64,000 nucleotides of DNA from Acidobacteriota bacterium (GTDB lineage: Bacteria; Acidobacteriota; UBA6911; RPQK01; JADFOI01), in assembly GCA_963663035.1 (NCBI GenBank), contig OY760074.1:2816001-2880000 (forward strand). The letters run 5' to 3'. The notes beneath the pieces are model-generated. The model saw only the letters and a list, made by a program, of their open reading frames with translations. It did not search any database and was not told the DNA's origin. The stretch's first letter is position 1. The number at the start of each line of letters is the position of its first letter. Positions 41,698 through 52,843 of the stretch are shown in pieces. A program made the translations under genes and the position numbers.

Positions 41698-43302
41698 CTA
41701 GAACCTCGAGGCCCGAAGCCAAGTATCTGACCGTGCCCAGCTGGCCGTGAGGTCGGCGTTAACCTCCGGTGACGACTTCCCCTGTGCTTCCAGGGCCGTC
41801 TTCAACCCAAAGAGCGACCAGCCATTGTGCGGGTGATCAGCGACCTCGGCGCGGTAGACGCGCTCTGCGTCCTGGTACCGCTCTGCCTCCAGCAGGGCGG
41901 CACCGAGCCAGTGACGGGCTGGGAAGGGTAGCCGTTCGGGTTCGTCGTAGCTCATTTCGTCTTCCAGCGATACGGCACGTTGGAAGGACGCGATAGCTGC
42001 ATCTATTGCTCCCGCATCACGATGAATTTCGCCCTCCAGTATGCCCCCCAAGGTACCCAGCAGGACTCGCGCCGACTCGCGTCGGAATATCGCCTCGCTG
42101 GAATCTGCAGTAGCCAGCACGCGATTCAAGAATACCCGCGCAAAGTCGACTTCGTCATTGCGAAGGTGAGCGTACCCTTGAGCAAAATCCCACATCCCTC
42201 CTAAGATCTCATTGTCGGGACGGTCCTCCATCGCCAGGATCTCGTCGAAGCGACCAAACCGCAAGAGAGTCAGGGCGTGGTAATGGGTGTTGCCCGTCAG
42301 CTTGGCATGGTCCTTCCCAGCCTGGATGGCAATGGCCCCTTGTCCATCCATCGAGGCCGCGAAGAGGAGCATGTGGAGATTGTGCTGTGCGTAGATGGCA
42401 AAACCCTCGCCGATGGCGGCCTTTTGATCCGTATGCCAGGCCGCAAGGTTGGCCCGAACGGAGTCACCCCAGCGGCCCACCTCGTTCCAGGTATGGGAGG
42501 GCATGTGGTTGATGTGGCTGGCTCCCGGAAAGGCGCTGCCCAGATACTCGGCACAGGCTTCGGCCTTGTCTGGTCGGATCGTCGATTCGGTGGCGTGGAT
42601 GTAAAGATGGCATGCCCCGAGATGCCGGATGTCGCGATCCAGGACCCCTTCCAGCACACGGTGGAGGCGCACGACGTTGGGATCGTTGAGATCGCGGGTG
42701 CCACGTCGTGGCTCCAGGAGAAAGAGCGCATCGGCATAGAAAGTGGCGGCCTCCAGATCGTCTGGATATCTTTCAGCCACCAGACGCATGGCCTCGACGT
42801 AGGCGGTGTCCTGCTCCTTGCGCTTGTCGGGATCAGGGTTCTCGACGTAGCGAACAGCCATCGCCTCGATGAACGCTTTCTCCGAGGGACTGGCATGATC
42901 CTCAGCCAATGCCAAGGCCTGCTGGATGGCGGTGTAGGCATGGTGTGCTTGATTGGGGGGCATGCCGCCGTTTAAGAATGGCCCCCAGGCCCAGGCCTCG
43001 CCCCAGTAGCAGATGGCGCAGGTCGGGTCGCGCATCCAGGCTTCGCGAAAGGAACGGACGGCGTCGATCTTCGCAAACGCATACTTCAACTGAAACCCCT
43101 GGTCGAAGTAAGCCTGAGCCTCCGCGTTGGACGAAGAAATAGGGCGGGTGAATGAGCCCAGCGCTACGCTGTGGAGGGGCATCGGCTCGCTGAAGCTAGC
43201 TGGGAGCGAAGGAGCCTCGCCTTCCTGGGCCGATGCCGTGGGCACGGCGATCATCAAGGCAAAGGCAGCCAGTACCAGGCCGAGAGCGCTTCTTCCAATC
43301 AT
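41698..43302 (-). CDS. Secreted TPR-like helical protein with HMPSH motif
   Basis: AQAYFDQG, HLGACHLYIHATE, HINHMPSH; same family as 17017-18606. Confidence 0.8.
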   Translation of the reverse strand: MIGRSALGLVLAAFALMIAVPTASAQEGEAPSLPASFSEPMPLHSVALGSFTRPISSSNAEAQAYFDQGFQLKYAFAKIDAVRSFREAWMRDPTCAICYWGEAWAWGPFLNGGMPPNQAHHAYTAIQQALALAEDHASPSEKAFIEAMAVRYVENPDPDKRKEQDTAYVEAMRLVAERYPDDLEAATFYADALFLLEPRRGTRDLNDPNVVRLHRVLEGVLDRDIRHLGACHLYIHATESTIRPDKAEACAEYLGSAFPGASHINHMPSHTWNEVGRWGDSVRANLAAWHTDQKAAIGEGFAIYAQHNLHMLLFAASMDGQGAIAIQAGKDHAKLTGNTHYHALTLLRFGRFDEILAMEDRPDNEILGGMWDFAQGYAHLRNDEVDFARVFLNRVLATADSSEAIFRRESARVLLGTLGGILEGEIHRDAGAIDAAIASFQRAVSLEDEMSYDEPERLPFPARHWLGAALLEAERYQDAERVYRAEVADHPHNGWSLFGLKTALEAQGKSSPEVNADLTASWARSDTWLRASRF

Positions 43303-43363
43303 TGGACGTTCGGACCTCCCCTTCCGTCGAACTCCTCATCATAAAGGAGTTGGCTGTTTGAGG

Positions 43364-45442
43364 CTAGTTGGCCGGCTGAAGGTCGATCAGTCTGGCCCGG
43401 GCCAGATCCCGTATGAAGTGATGCACCGTAATGACGGAGACGGGTTCACTGGCCGCTGTCAGAACGTCTCGGATCTCCAGAACCGTACGTCTCCCATCGA
43501 TGAAGTTGACCAAAAGATAAGTATCCAGGGCCTGAGCCTCTGGAGTTTCATACCAACTCCGCTCGACTTCGGAGAGGCGTTCCTGAGGAAGGTCGAGTGC
43601 CAGCGGGCCCCGCGTCAGTCGTGAGGGGATCCAAGAGGCTGCCTCACGCTCCTCGAAGCTTCGCTCCTGGGAAAAGGAAAGGTTTCCACCCTGTTGCCGT
43701 ACCAGCGCCTGAAGCGTCCTGATGTTCAGCTGAGATTGATTGCTCAGAGCTTGATTCCACGTCTGGACAAGGCTTCGGGTGGGCCCATGGGGTGAGAATT
43801 GGAGAATGCTATTGAGCGCCTGCTGTTCTCTTTCCAGGCTGAAAGAAATGACCCGCTTCCCTTCGTTGTACATCTCTTCCAGACGATCCACAGGAGCCTC
43901 CAGCAGCCAGTCCGAGGCCCGCTGAGTATCAGAAGCCAATCGTGCTTGAGCCTTGGCAGCCACAAGATTGGTTAATCCCAGGCTCTGTTCTTGGGAAAGG
44001 CTGGCCAGATACCAGAAGGCGCCAGCGGCAATCAGTTCCGCCCGCTTCAATTCGACAGGATCGATCTTCTCGGCAGTGTCCTCACTGGTGTGCTGGGTGT
44101 AATCCGGCCAATGTCCCAACATGACGGCCGGAACCTGGATCGTTCCGTCGTTAAAGATAATATGGTCACTGCCTCCATCGAAGGGGGTAATGCGGTAGTT
44201 GAAGTTACTGTGAGTGTCTGTGTTGACTCTTCCGATGCTGTCCACGTACTCGGCCATACGGACCACCACATCAGTCAGAGCACTGGAGATGGACTGGGGA
44301 GTCCAGGTAATGTTCATTCGGCTGTGGAGCAATTCGAGATTGGTCCCCACCATGTCGAGGTTGAGGTTGGCCAGAACATCGCCACCCAATTCCGGACCTC
44401 GAATTTCTGTATGGGCATCTATGTAGGCCATCGTCCCAAAAAGACTGGGAACCCACAGGAATCGCAAAGTACGCTTGGGCGGCGGCAGTTTTCCCTCCCC
44501 AATTAAAGTCTGCAGGGTACGGGCGATATCCAGGATGGCTGCACTCCCGCTGGCGTTATCATTGGCTGACTCCTTGGGTTGATCCAAATGAGCTGTGTAA
44601 ACCAGTGCCTGCTCGGGGCTTTCGGTTCCGGGAATCTCTGCCACCACCACGTCCAGACTGCCAAAATGGATTCCGCGGCCCTCTACCTTGGCATCCAGCA
44701 CCACGCGCTGGCCGGCAGTCAGGAGATCTTTGAGCCTTTTCCCCTGGCGATTGGTCAGCTTGAATCCAAAGGTCAGGCGATCCAGCTCATCAGGGCGAGG
44801 TCTCCAAACCCGGGAGCGCAGCATGTCGGGATACTCTGCCGCAAGTTCGTCCTCCAGATAGTGCACCACGGCTGCGGCCCCATATTTGAGAACCGCCAAG
44901 CGGTGAACTTCACTATTCTCTCCGCTGGCCAATACCAGCTTTCCCCTCACCTCTGATGCCTGATAGGCCTCATCAGAAGTTCCTGCTCCCACATAGACCA
45001 ACTCGCCTCGCACCTGCCCAGGCTGCGAGTAGGTCATGACGCTCATGACACTCTCGGGGTAGCTGACGATTAACTCTTGGTCAGGTTCTATCATCCGCAG
45101 TTCAGCGGACTCAATGCTCCAAGCGGGAGGCGACCGCCAGGTTTGATAAGTAATTCTGCCTTCAGCTGGAAAGCTTTCGATCCATGCTCTGAGACCGAAA
45201 CCCTGAAGCTGTTGGAGAATATAGCGGGCAGCATCAGAGTAGCCCGGCGAGCCCTGAATGCGGTGATAGCCAGCAATGGCGGCCACCTGATCCTTGGCCA
45301 GCTGGCCAGAAAGCTCCTGCTGGAACAGGGTCAGAGTTTCTTGATCCAGCAAAAAGTTCTCGGCTGCTGGAGCAGCCAAAATGGCCTGGGAGGTCAGCCC
45401 GGTCAGTAATAGCCGGAGAAAAGTGCGAAAGGTTACGGCCAT
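43364..45442 (-). CDS. M28 family peptidase with PA domain
   Basis: TAHLD, ANDNASG, NLDMVG, GGSDH motifs. Confidence 0.8.
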   Translation of the reverse strand: MAVTFRTFLRLLLTGLTSQAILAAPAAENFLLDQETLTLFQQELSGQLAKDQVAAIAGYHRIQGSPGYSDAARYILQQLQGFGLRAWIESFPAEGRITYQTWRSPPAWSIESAELRMIEPDQELIVSYPESVMSVMTYSQPGQVRGELVYVGAGTSDEAYQASEVRGKLVLASGENSEVHRLAVLKYGAAAVVHYLEDELAAEYPDMLRSRVWRPRPDELDRLTFGFKLTNRQGKRLKDLLTAGQRVVLDAKVEGRGIHFGSLDVVVAEIPGTESPEQALVYTAHLDQPKESANDNASGSAAILDIARTLQTLIGEGKLPPPKRTLRFLWVPSLFGTMAYIDAHTEIRGPELGGDVLANLNLDMVGTNLELLHSRMNITWTPQSISSALTDVVVRMAEYVDSIGRVNTDTHSNFNYRITPFDGGSDHIIFNDGTIQVPAVMLGHWPDYTQHTSEDTAEKIDPVELKRAELIAAGAFWYLASLSQEQSLGLTNLVAAKAQARLASDTQRASDWLLEAPVDRLEEMYNEGKRVISFSLEREQQALNSILQFSPHGPTRSLVQTWNQALSNQSQLNIRTLQALVRQQGGNLSFSQERSFEEREAASWIPSRLTRGPLALDLPQERLSEVERSWYETPEAQALDTYLLVNFIDGRRTVLEIRDVLTAASEPVSVITVHHFIRDLARARLIDLQPAN

Positions 45443-45489
45443 CTCTATCTCCGGTCAAGCATAGCATGAAAGGGAAAGGATGTGGACGA

Positions 45490-46677
45490 CTATGTTAGCT
45501 GGAAATCCAGGACGATGGGGTCGTGGTCGGAGAGAAAATCCTCTTCTCCGTGGACGTCAGCCAAAACTCGGGGAGGGTGGTTCGGATCGGGAGAGATGCC
45601 CTTGCCGGCAAACCAGTCCAGTTTGATGGAACAGCGGCCATCGCTTCCCTGCAGAGCCCAGGTGATGAACCAAAAGCACCAGGCGGGTATCCAATCGCCC
45701 ATTCTCTGATTCGCTGCCAGATCCTGGATATCGTAATGAAGGGTACAAACCCCCGGCTCATTCAGATTCTGGTATTGATAACTCTGACGCTGCAGCTCGC
45801 GGAAAAGATGTCGCTCGAACCAGCGATCTGGATAGGGATTGTGGTGTTCAATCACATGACGCACTCCCATGAGCACTCGCCTGCAATAACCGAGAATCGA
45901 ATAGAGGGCTCGACGGGAATTGTAAGTCGAGGTGTTCCAGTCTCCCCCGATCACGACCGGTAGCACAGGACTCAGCTTCTGCAAATGATCCAGAACGACT
46001 TTCATCTGACGATAGCGGTGTTTTTGAGTGGAATGGGCATCCAGGTGCAGGCTCACCGCTCTCACCGGGCCCAAGGGGTGGTCTATGATCGCCACCACTG
46101 CCTGCTGATATCCGAGACGCTTTTCCTTGCCCCACATCAGATCCTTGCCGTTTGGCAGCGCAATCGCATGGGCTTCACGAAGGGGATGTCGGGAAAAGAG
46201 AGCGTTTCCGTGAATAGCCTGAGCATTCTCTCCCGGAACCTCACTTTCCAAGCCACTTCCTTTATTGAGAGCAATATAACAGGGCGTGAAGGCGTAGTTG
46301 AGTTTCAGTGCCCGAGCAATTTCCTGAGCAACCATACGGTTGCTGCTTCGTACCATCCCCAGGTCCAGTTCGGTGAGAAAGAGGATGTCGCTTTCTCGAA
46401 GAAGCGGATGATCTCTGAGAACACTGATGAGGCGGTCCAGGTGAGTTCCCCTCTCGATATTCCAGGCGGCAGCCCGAATCGAGGACCTGGAGGCTGAGGT
46501 TGGTGAGGCGAGATCCTCCCGGATCACGGTCTTGAGCACTCTTTCGATTTCAGATTGCAGCCGGGCATACAGGGGCGAGGCTTGCAAAGCCGCAGTGGAG
46601 TCAAAGCCGCTCAGCTCGGAAAAGAAGGGCCCAAGGCTATGAGCTAGCCCACCGGAAAGACTGGTTTCTGCCTGCAT
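45490..46677 (-). CDS. Endonuclease/exonuclease/phosphatase family protein
   Basis: WNIERG, GNALFSR, GGDWN, SDHDP. Confidence 0.85.
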   Translation of the reverse strand: MQAETSLSGGLAHSLGPFFSELSGFDSTAALQASPLYARLQSEIERVLKTVIREDLASPTSASRSSIRAAAWNIERGTHLDRLISVLRDHPLLRESDILFLTELDLGMVRSSNRMVAQEIARALKLNYAFTPCYIALNKGSGLESEVPGENAQAIHGNALFSRHPLREAHAIALPNGKDLMWGKEKRLGYQQAVVAIIDHPLGPVRAVSLHLDAHSTQKHRYRQMKVVLDHLQKLSPVLPVVIGGDWNTSTYNSRRALYSILGYCRRVLMGVRHVIEHHNPYPDRWFERHLFRELQRQSYQYQNLNEPGVCTLHYDIQDLAANQRMGDWIPAWCFWFITWALQGSDGRCSIKLDWFAGKGISPDPNHPPRVLADVHGEEDFLSDHDPIVLDFQLT

Positions 46678-46720
46678 GACATCACCCACGGTTCCCCACA
46701 AGAGCGCGCCATTGTAGCAA

Positions 46721-46767
46721 GTTCCAGGTTCCAGGTCTTGTCAGCGGTCAGCGGTCAGCTGTCAGGT
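46721..46767 (+). repeat. Short heptamer tandem repeats
   Basis: (GTTCCAG)2 followed by GTCAGCG GTCAGCG GTCAGCT GTCAGGT. Confidence 0.6.
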
Positions 46768-46769
46768 GT

Positions 46770-47186
46770 TCACAATCGAATCACTAAGAGGACGAAAATC
46801 ACCAGGTTGATTCCGTGAGAGGTAAAGCACAGCTTGCAGGGCACACGGGTGAGAAACAGCAGTGAGTAGGTCAGGTACACTCCCAGCAAAACCGTCAGGA
46901 AACTTCCCAACAGGAAGAAATAGACAAAGGGTCTGGTAAACAGAAAGTCTCCCAGTACCGCCGCAATTAAGACAGCGTAGAAGACCTGCCCCAGGACCGA
47001 ATTCGGAATTCCAAAAACCCGGGCCCGCGGTGTGAACACAATGCTGGCACAGGTGCGTTCACCCATTCGGCAAAAAGATGGAAGCCAGGTGGCATCCGGT
47101 TGGACCCAATGATAGGAGACGGCAGTGAAGTAAGTTGAAATCAAAAAACTCAAAGCCGCCAAGAGACAGAGCAGAGTAGAAAGCAT
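46770..47186 (-). CDS. Vitamin K epoxide reductase family protein
   Basis: Loop C-x5-C, GIPNSVLG, CKLC redox motif in a membrane protein. Confidence 0.85.
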   Translation of the reverse strand: MLSTLLCLLAALSFLISTYFTAVSYHWVQPDATWLPSFCRMGERTCASIVFTPRARVFGIPNSVLGQVFYAVLIAAVLGDFLFTRPFVYFFLLGSFLTVLLGVYLTYSLLFLTRVPCKLCFTSHGINLVIFVLLVIRL

Positions 47187-47192
47187 GGGCCT

Positions 47193-47699
47193 TTACTGCC
47201 CTTCAGGAGCAGAGCCCCGGACAGGTGGTGTCGAAGGGGAGTCCTCTTCCTCCTCCTCTTCAGGTCCTCTCTTGGCTTCCTCCAGCTCCTCTGAGAGTAA
47301 AGGGCCGGATTCCGGGCGCTGCCCCGGTTGGAACAGGCCCGGCTGAGAAGTACCAACCGGGCTTCTTGAAGGCTGTTGTGGGCGCCTGGCTGAAGGGGTT
47401 GGCAAAGGCGGCGGAGCAGTCGGCGCTGTAGCTGGGAGTCTAGTGGGTGTCTCCTGGACCTCCCTTTGCCCAGAGCGCGAAGTCGGGCCGGCTCCAGGAG
47501 TACCCGCTGGCCGGGTCACAGACCTCGCCGGTGGAGCGGGAGTTGGGGAAATGGCCGGGGATTCGACCTCAGAGGGCAGCCGGGTCGGGGTCTCGATGGG
47601 TTCAGTCTGGGTGGGCCCAGTGTCCCAAAGGGTGGCACGAAGGGTCAGCACGATGACCAGCACTCCTATCACCACCAGAATAATATTGAGATATTTCAC
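47193..47699 (-). CDS. Membrane-anchored Pro/Thr/Ser-rich protein
   Basis: N-terminal TM helix, repeated ETPTRLP, GTGA overlap with the upstream gene. Confidence 0.7.
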   Translation of the reverse strand: MKYLNIILVVIGVLVIVLTLRATLWDTGPTQTEPIETPTRLPSEVESPAISPTPAPPARSVTRPAGTPGAGPTSRSGQREVQETPTRLPATAPTAPPPLPTPSARRPQQPSRSPVGTSQPGLFQPGQRPESGPLLSEELEEAKRGPEEEEEEDSPSTPPVRGSAPEGQ

Positions 47700-49081
47700 A
47701 GTTCTTTCTCTCTCTGTCTGCTCAAGCGCCGCTGGACCCTTTCCAGACCTCCTCTAGCATACTCGTTCTCAGGTTTGAGCCGCAGAGCTTGCTGGAAGAG
47801 AGTGCGGGCCCTCTTCAGGTTGTCTTGAACCTCGGCACAATAAGCGAGAGCCGCCCAGCTCAGGTGATCCTCTGGATGCAAATCGCGCGCGCGCTGGAAC
47901 TCGACCTCCGACTGCCTGTTTTTGCCCTGAACAGCAAGTGCCACCCCCAGGTTGTAATGGGCACGAGCCTTAGCGGGACTTTTCAGCACGGTATCCTGCC
48001 ACAGCGCGAAATCGTCCTTCCAGGTCTCGTTACGAGCCATGGTGAGCGGCATGAACAAGAGCAGCGACAAGGCTACCGCTGCCAGTTTCAAAGTAACAGG
48101 TCTTCTGGCAAGAAAGTGACAGAGGACCCAACTGGCAGTCAGGGTAAAGCCAGCCAGAGAGAGATAGGCACGACTTTCATTCAAGGCATCGGAATTGGGC
48201 ACCAAAAGCGTCGGAAGCAGCATCGCCATCATCCAAAAGATCCCCAGGGTTGGGATCGGATAGCTCTTTCGAAAGCGGAGGGCCAGCATCAGCAGCGACA
48301 AGAAAAAAAGGCTCGCCAGGAGCAAACTCCAAGGGTCTGGCGAAACCAGGTCATGATCCAGATTCAGGCCTGTAGGCCAAATCATGAGCAGGGAAAATTT
48401 CAAAAAGGCTATGGGTTGGAAAATCCAGTAGACCCAAGGGTCTGGATGAGTCCAGGCTATCTCCCTGGGAGCATACTTGAGCAACGAATAAGCGAATGCT
48501 GCCGTGTTGAGCAAGGTCACGCTAAGGGGGCCCTTCCAGCGTGATCGATTCAAGAAGATCAAGGGAAGAAGCAGAATCACCGCCTCAGTTCGGCTCCATA
48601 TGGCCAACTGCAGGCAGATCAGTCCTGCCCACGGATGTCTTCTGGCCAGAAGGAGAGCTGCTAATCCAAATACGGCCATCAGTAAAACCGAGCGCGACCA
48701 GATATAGTTGACAGCTTGAGTGTTCAACGGATGAATGGCAAACAGCAGGGCACTCCCGAAAGCCAGAGCTCGTTGCCCGAAGAGCTGCCAGATCAAGAGG
48801 AAAATCTCCACCACAACCAGTAGGTGACACAAGACGCTCACCAAATGGTAACTGGAGGGATTCTGTCCAAACCATTGGTTATTCCAGTAAAAAGTCCACA
48901 AGGTGAGAGGTCGTCCCCCATATTGCTCCAGAAAAGAGCTGTAGGAGAAGGCGGAACCGTTGATGCGAGGATTTTCCAGCAACTGCGGAAAGTCATCGAA
49001 ATGGAAGGCACCCGGAAAAGAGTTGATATAAACGAGACCGGTCGCCAGAACCAGGATCACACAAGGCCAGAAAAGGCGCAT
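47696..49081 (-). CDS. TMTC-like GT-C membrane glycosyltransferase with TPR tail
   Basis: FHFDD, RPLT, LFAIHPLNTQAVNYIWSRS, RNETWKD, C-terminal TPRs. Confidence 0.75.
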   Translation of the reverse strand: MRLFWPCVILVLATGLVYINSFPGAFHFDDFPQLLENPRINGSAFSYSSFLEQYGGRPLTLWTFYWNNQWFGQNPSSYHLVSVLCHLLVVVEIFLLIWQLFGQRALAFGSALLFAIHPLNTQAVNYIWSRSVLLMAVFGLAALLLARRHPWAGLICLQLAIWSRTEAVILLLPLIFLNRSRWKGPLSVTLLNTAAFAYSLLKYAPREIAWTHPDPWVYWIFQPIAFLKFSLLMIWPTGLNLDHDLVSPDPWSLLLASLFFLSLLMLALRFRKSYPIPTLGIFWMMAMLLPTLLVPNSDALNESRAYLSLAGFTLTASWVLCHFLARRPVTLKLAAVALSLLLFMPLTMARNETWKDDFALWQDTVLKSPAKARAHYNLGVALAVQGKNRQSEVEFQRARDLHPEDHLSWAALAYCAEVQDNLKRARTLFQQALRLKPENEYARGGLERVQRRLSRQREKEL

Positions 49082-49111
49082 GTCACTAGTATGCCGCCGT
49101 CAGAGAAAAGT

Positions 49112-49927
49112 TCAAGGCTGGGAAGGAGAGCCGCTTTTCTTGTTTCTCTGCAATCGGTTGAGGAAGCGGGCCGTCACCTGGTTGATGAGAAACGGAGAAA
49201 CCCGGTTCATGAGACAGAGAAGCCGACCGGAGAGGGTCAGATGCACCTCGCGCCGATCGAGCTCCACCGCATTCACGATGGCTCGGGCCACGCCTTCAGA
49301 GCTTTGACCATTTCCCGGGCGGTCCATGGACTGCAGGCTTTTCGTCTTTTGAGCGGCTTCTTGAAACTCGGTCTGGGTGTAACCTGGGCAGATCACGCTC
49401 ACTCCAACACCGCTACCCCGAAGTTCTCCCCACAGCGCCTCTCCGATCGCCACCTGGGCGAATTTGGTGGCGCAATAGCTGGAGGCATAGGGAAAAGCCT
49501 TCTTCCCTATAACACTGCTCACTAAAACGATGTGTCCTCCCTTTTGTTTGAGCAGGTGTGGTAGAGCGGCATGAATCGATTCATAGCCGGACTGAAAGTT
49601 GACCTGCCAAATCCGCGCCATGTCCTGTGGAGGAACCTCCTCGAGCGGCCCGTATATCCCGTATCCCGCGTTACAAATGAGAATGTCCAGACCTCCGAGT
49701 TCTTCAAGGCACTCCTGAATGATGGCCCCTCCCTGGCCCGGCACGCTGAGATCGTGCGGCTGAAAGACCACTCGAGAGACACCCTTTTGGCGGCAGGCTT
49801 CAGCGACCTTGGCCAGGCGCTTTTCGCGGCGCGCCACCAGGAAGAGTTCACAGGTTGGTTTGGAATAAGCGTAGGCAGTAGCCTCTCCGATGCCCGAAGA
49901 AGCTCCTGTGACCAGGATCCTAAGCAC
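49112..49927 (-). CDS. SDR family oxidoreductase
   Basis: TGASSGIG, NAG, YCATK. Confidence 0.92.
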   Translation of the reverse strand: MLRILVTGASSGIGEATAYAYSKPTCELFLVARREKRLAKVAEACRQKGVSRVVFQPHDLSVPGQGGAIIQECLEELGGLDILICNAGYGIYGPLEEVPPQDMARIWQVNFQSGYESIHAALPHLLKQKGGHIVLVSSVIGKKAFPYASSYCATKFAQVAIGEALWGELRGSGVGVSVICPGYTQTEFQEAAQKTKSLQSMDRPGNGQSSEGVARAIVNAVELDRREVHLTLSGRLLCLMNRVSPFLINQVTARFLNRLQRNKKSGSPSQP

Positions 49928-51104
49928 AATAGCACTCGATGACGCCTGCCGCACCCATACCCCCGCCGATACACATCGTGACCAATCCGTAGCGCACTGC
50001 CCGGCGTTTCATCTCGAAGAGGATCGTGGTGGTCAGCTTGGCACCGGTACACCCCAGGGGATGTCCCAGAGCAATAGCGCCTCCGTTGACATTGACAATC
50101 TCAGGGTCCAGCCCGGCTTCCTGAATGACGCTCAAGACTTGAACCGCAAAGGCCTCATTCAGTTCAATCAGACCGATATCCTTCATCTCCAGTTCAGCCA
50201 GGCGGAGAGCCTTGGGGATGGCCTGCACTGGACCGATTCCCATCAGTTCGGGGGCGACCCCCACGGTGACATAGGACACCAGCCTCCCCAAAGGCTGCAG
50301 GGCGAGTTCCTGCGCCTTATCCAGCGACATCACCACCACTCCTGCAGCTCCGTCGCTTCGCTGGCTGCTGTTTCCCGCGGTGACAGTCCCGCCCACTTTG
50401 AAAACCGGTTTGAGTTGGGCCAGGGCTTCCAGGGAAGTATCCGCTCGTGGTCCCTCGTCCACTTTAAACTCCACTACCTGTGATTGTTTGTGACCCTCCT
50501 TGAGTTCTTCCAGATTCACCTGGAGAGGAATGAGTTCCTCTTCGAAGCGTCCTGCCGCCTGGGCGTCAAGGGCCTTTTGATGACTCCCGAAGGAGAACTC
50601 GTCCTGCTTTTCACGAGGAACCTGGTACTGGTCAGCCAGATTTTCCGCGGTGAGTCCCATCGAGAGATAGACATCGGGGTCCTCTTCCACCAGGGTTGGA
50701 TTCGGGGAAAAGTTGTGCCCCTCCATGGGAATCAGACTCATGCTTTCCGTCCCGCCCGCGATCACCACCTGGTACATCCCGGCATTGATATTGTTGGTCG
50801 CTAAGGCAATGGCTTGAAGACCGGAAGCACAGAACCGGTTGATGGTCATGGCACTGACGTGATCGGGAAGTCCGGCACGAAGCGAAGCGATCCGGGACAC
50901 GTTCATCCCCTGTTCGGCTTCCGGCATGGCGCATCCCAGAATCACATCCTCGACATCATCCTCAGCCAGGGGCTTGGCTCGTTCCAGGATTCCCCTGATC
51001 ACCTGAGCAGCCACATCGTCAGGGCGGGTATGCCGAAGAGTTCCCTTTGAGGCCTTGCCGACGGGACTCCGTCCCGCCGCCACAATCACCGCTTCTTGCA
51101 TCAT
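49920..51104 (-). CDS. Acetyl-CoA C-acyltransferase (thiolase)
   Basis: NRFCASG, NEAFA, GHPLG, CIGGGMG. Confidence 0.95.
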   Translation of the reverse strand: MMQEAVIVAAGRSPVGKASKGTLRHTRPDDVAAQVIRGILERAKPLAEDDVEDVILGCAMPEAEQGMNVSRIASLRAGLPDHVSAMTINRFCASGLQAIALATNNINAGMYQVVIAGGTESMSLIPMEGHNFSPNPTLVEEDPDVYLSMGLTAENLADQYQVPREKQDEFSFGSHQKALDAQAAGRFEEELIPLQVNLEELKEGHKQSQVVEFKVDEGPRADTSLEALAQLKPVFKVGGTVTAGNSSQRSDGAAGVVVMSLDKAQELALQPLGRLVSYVTVGVAPELMGIGPVQAIPKALRLAELEMKDIGLIELNEAFAVQVLSVIQEAGLDPEIVNVNGGAIALGHPLGCTGAKLTTTILFEMKRRAVRYGLVTMCIGGGMGAAGVIECYCA

Positions 51105-51122
51105 AGTGCAGAGGGCTAACCC

Positions 51123-52697
51123 TCACGCTCGGGGGCCGGCGCTGAGAATCTCAGGAGCAACCTCTGAAAAACCCTCGGCATTCTCAGCGAAGCGCCTGGC
51201 CAATTCGTTGGCGTTACTGTCGTAAGCGTCCTTGTCCTTCCATGTGTTCCTGGGATCCAGGATTTCCGAAGGGATCTCCGGACAAGATTTGGGGACCTCC
51301 ACCTGAAAAACGGGATGGGGTTGAAAGTCGGCTTTTTCCAGGTCACCACTGAGCGCGGCAGTCACCATGGAGCGGGTGTAATTGAGTTGCATGCGGTGTC
51401 CTTCGCCGTAAGGACCCCCGGTCCAGCCTGTGTTCACCAGATAGACGTTGGCCTGATGCCTTTCAACCCGCTGGCCCAGCAGCTCAGCATAACGGCCTGG
51501 CGGCAGTGGAAGAAAAGGAGCCCCGAAACAGGGTGAAAAAGTGGTTTGAGGCTCGGTAATCCCTTTCTCTGTGCCCGCCACTTTGGAAGTGTACCCAGAA
51601 ATGAAGTGGTACATAGCCTGCTCTCTGGTGAGCCTGGAAATCGGAGGCAGGACACCGAACGCATCAGCAGTCAAGAAGATCACTGTCTGTGGATGCCCTC
51701 CAACTCCCGGAATGACAGCGCCTGGAATGAACTCAACCGGGTAGGCCACTCGTGTATTCTCTGTGATCTCAGAGCTGTCAAAGTCCACCTTATTCGTGTC
51801 CCCTTGAAAAGTGACATTTTCAATCACCGAGCCGTAGCGAATCGCTTCCCAGATCTGAGGTTCCAACTCTGGGGAGAGCTTGATGCATTTGGCGTAGCAG
51901 CCCCCCTCAAAATTAAAGACTCCGGAGTCCGACCAACCGTGCTCATCATCTCCGATCAAGCGACGCTTGGGGTCAGCCGACAGGGTCGTCTTGCCGGTTC
52001 CGGAGAGACCGAAAAATAAGGCCACGTCTCCCTCCTCGCCGACATTGGCCGAGCAGTGCATGGGAAGGACATCCCGGAACGGCATCAAGTAATTCATCAC
52101 CGTGAAAATCGACTTCTTGATCTCACCCGCATAGTGGCTTCCCCCGATCAGGATTAGCTTGCGGGCCAAATTCAGCAGGATAAAAACATCCGAGTTGGTG
52201 CCATCCTCCTGTGGGTTGGCTTGGAGGTTGGGCACGGAAAGAACCGTAAACTCAGGACGATGATCCTTCAGTTCCTCCTCCGTGGGGCGAATAAACAAAA
52301 GGTGTGCGAAGAGATTGTGCCAGGGCACCTCGTTCACGACCCGGATAGGCAGTCGATATTCGGGATCTGCTCCAGCGAAGCCGTCAAAAACATACAGGGC
52401 CCGGTTTTGCAGATGGGCCACCGCTTTTTGATGCAGACGTTCGAAATCTTCCGGCTTAAAGGGGCGATTAATTTCTCCCCACCAGATCTGATCTGAATTG
52501 TCAGGCTCATCCACGATGAATTTGTCATTGGGTGATCTTCCCGTGTTCTTGCCGGTGGTCACCCGCAGAGCGCCCGAATCGGCTAAAACTCCTTCACCGC
52601 TTTTGACGCTGAGGTCAATCAAATCAGAAGGGCTGAGATTTCGATGCACCTCTCCCGCGTTTTCAATACCAATTGCTGATAAGCTCTTATCCTCCAT
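51123..52697 (-). CDS. pckA: Phosphoenolpyruvate carboxykinase (ATP)
   Basis: [32 protein letters not shown]. Confidence 0.97.
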   Translation of the reverse strand: MEDKSLSAIGIENAGEVHRNLSPSDLIDLSVKSGEGVLADSGALRVTTGKNTGRSPNDKFIVDEPDNSDQIWWGEINRPFKPEDFERLHQKAVAHLQNRALYVFDGFAGADPEYRLPIRVVNEVPWHNLFAHLLFIRPTEEELKDHRPEFTVLSVPNLQANPQEDGTNSDVFILLNLARKLILIGGSHYAGEIKKSIFTVMNYLMPFRDVLPMHCSANVGEEGDVALFFGLSGTGKTTLSADPKRRLIGDDEHGWSDSGVFNFEGGCYAKCIKLSPELEPQIWEAIRYGSVIENVTFQGDTNKVDFDSSEITENTRVAYPVEFIPGAVIPGVGGHPQTVIFLTADAFGVLPPISRLTREQAMYHFISGYTSKVAGTEKGITEPQTTFSPCFGAPFLPLPPGRYAELLGQRVERHQANVYLVNTGWTGGPYGEGHRMQLNYTRSMVTAALSGDLEKADFQPHPVFQVEVPKSCPEIPSEILDPRNTWKDKDAYDSNANELARRFAENAEGFSEVAPEILSAGPRA

Positions 52698-52843
52698 ACT
52701 TCCCTCACACCCTCACTTTCCCTTAGCCGGGATTAGTCACCTCGTCTTTGGCCCCTAATGTAACAAAAAAGGAGAGGGAATGATCCAACGAAATCTCTGT
52801 CTGATCGGTGTCGGTTGGTGTTGAATCTGAAGAATCAGTGGAA

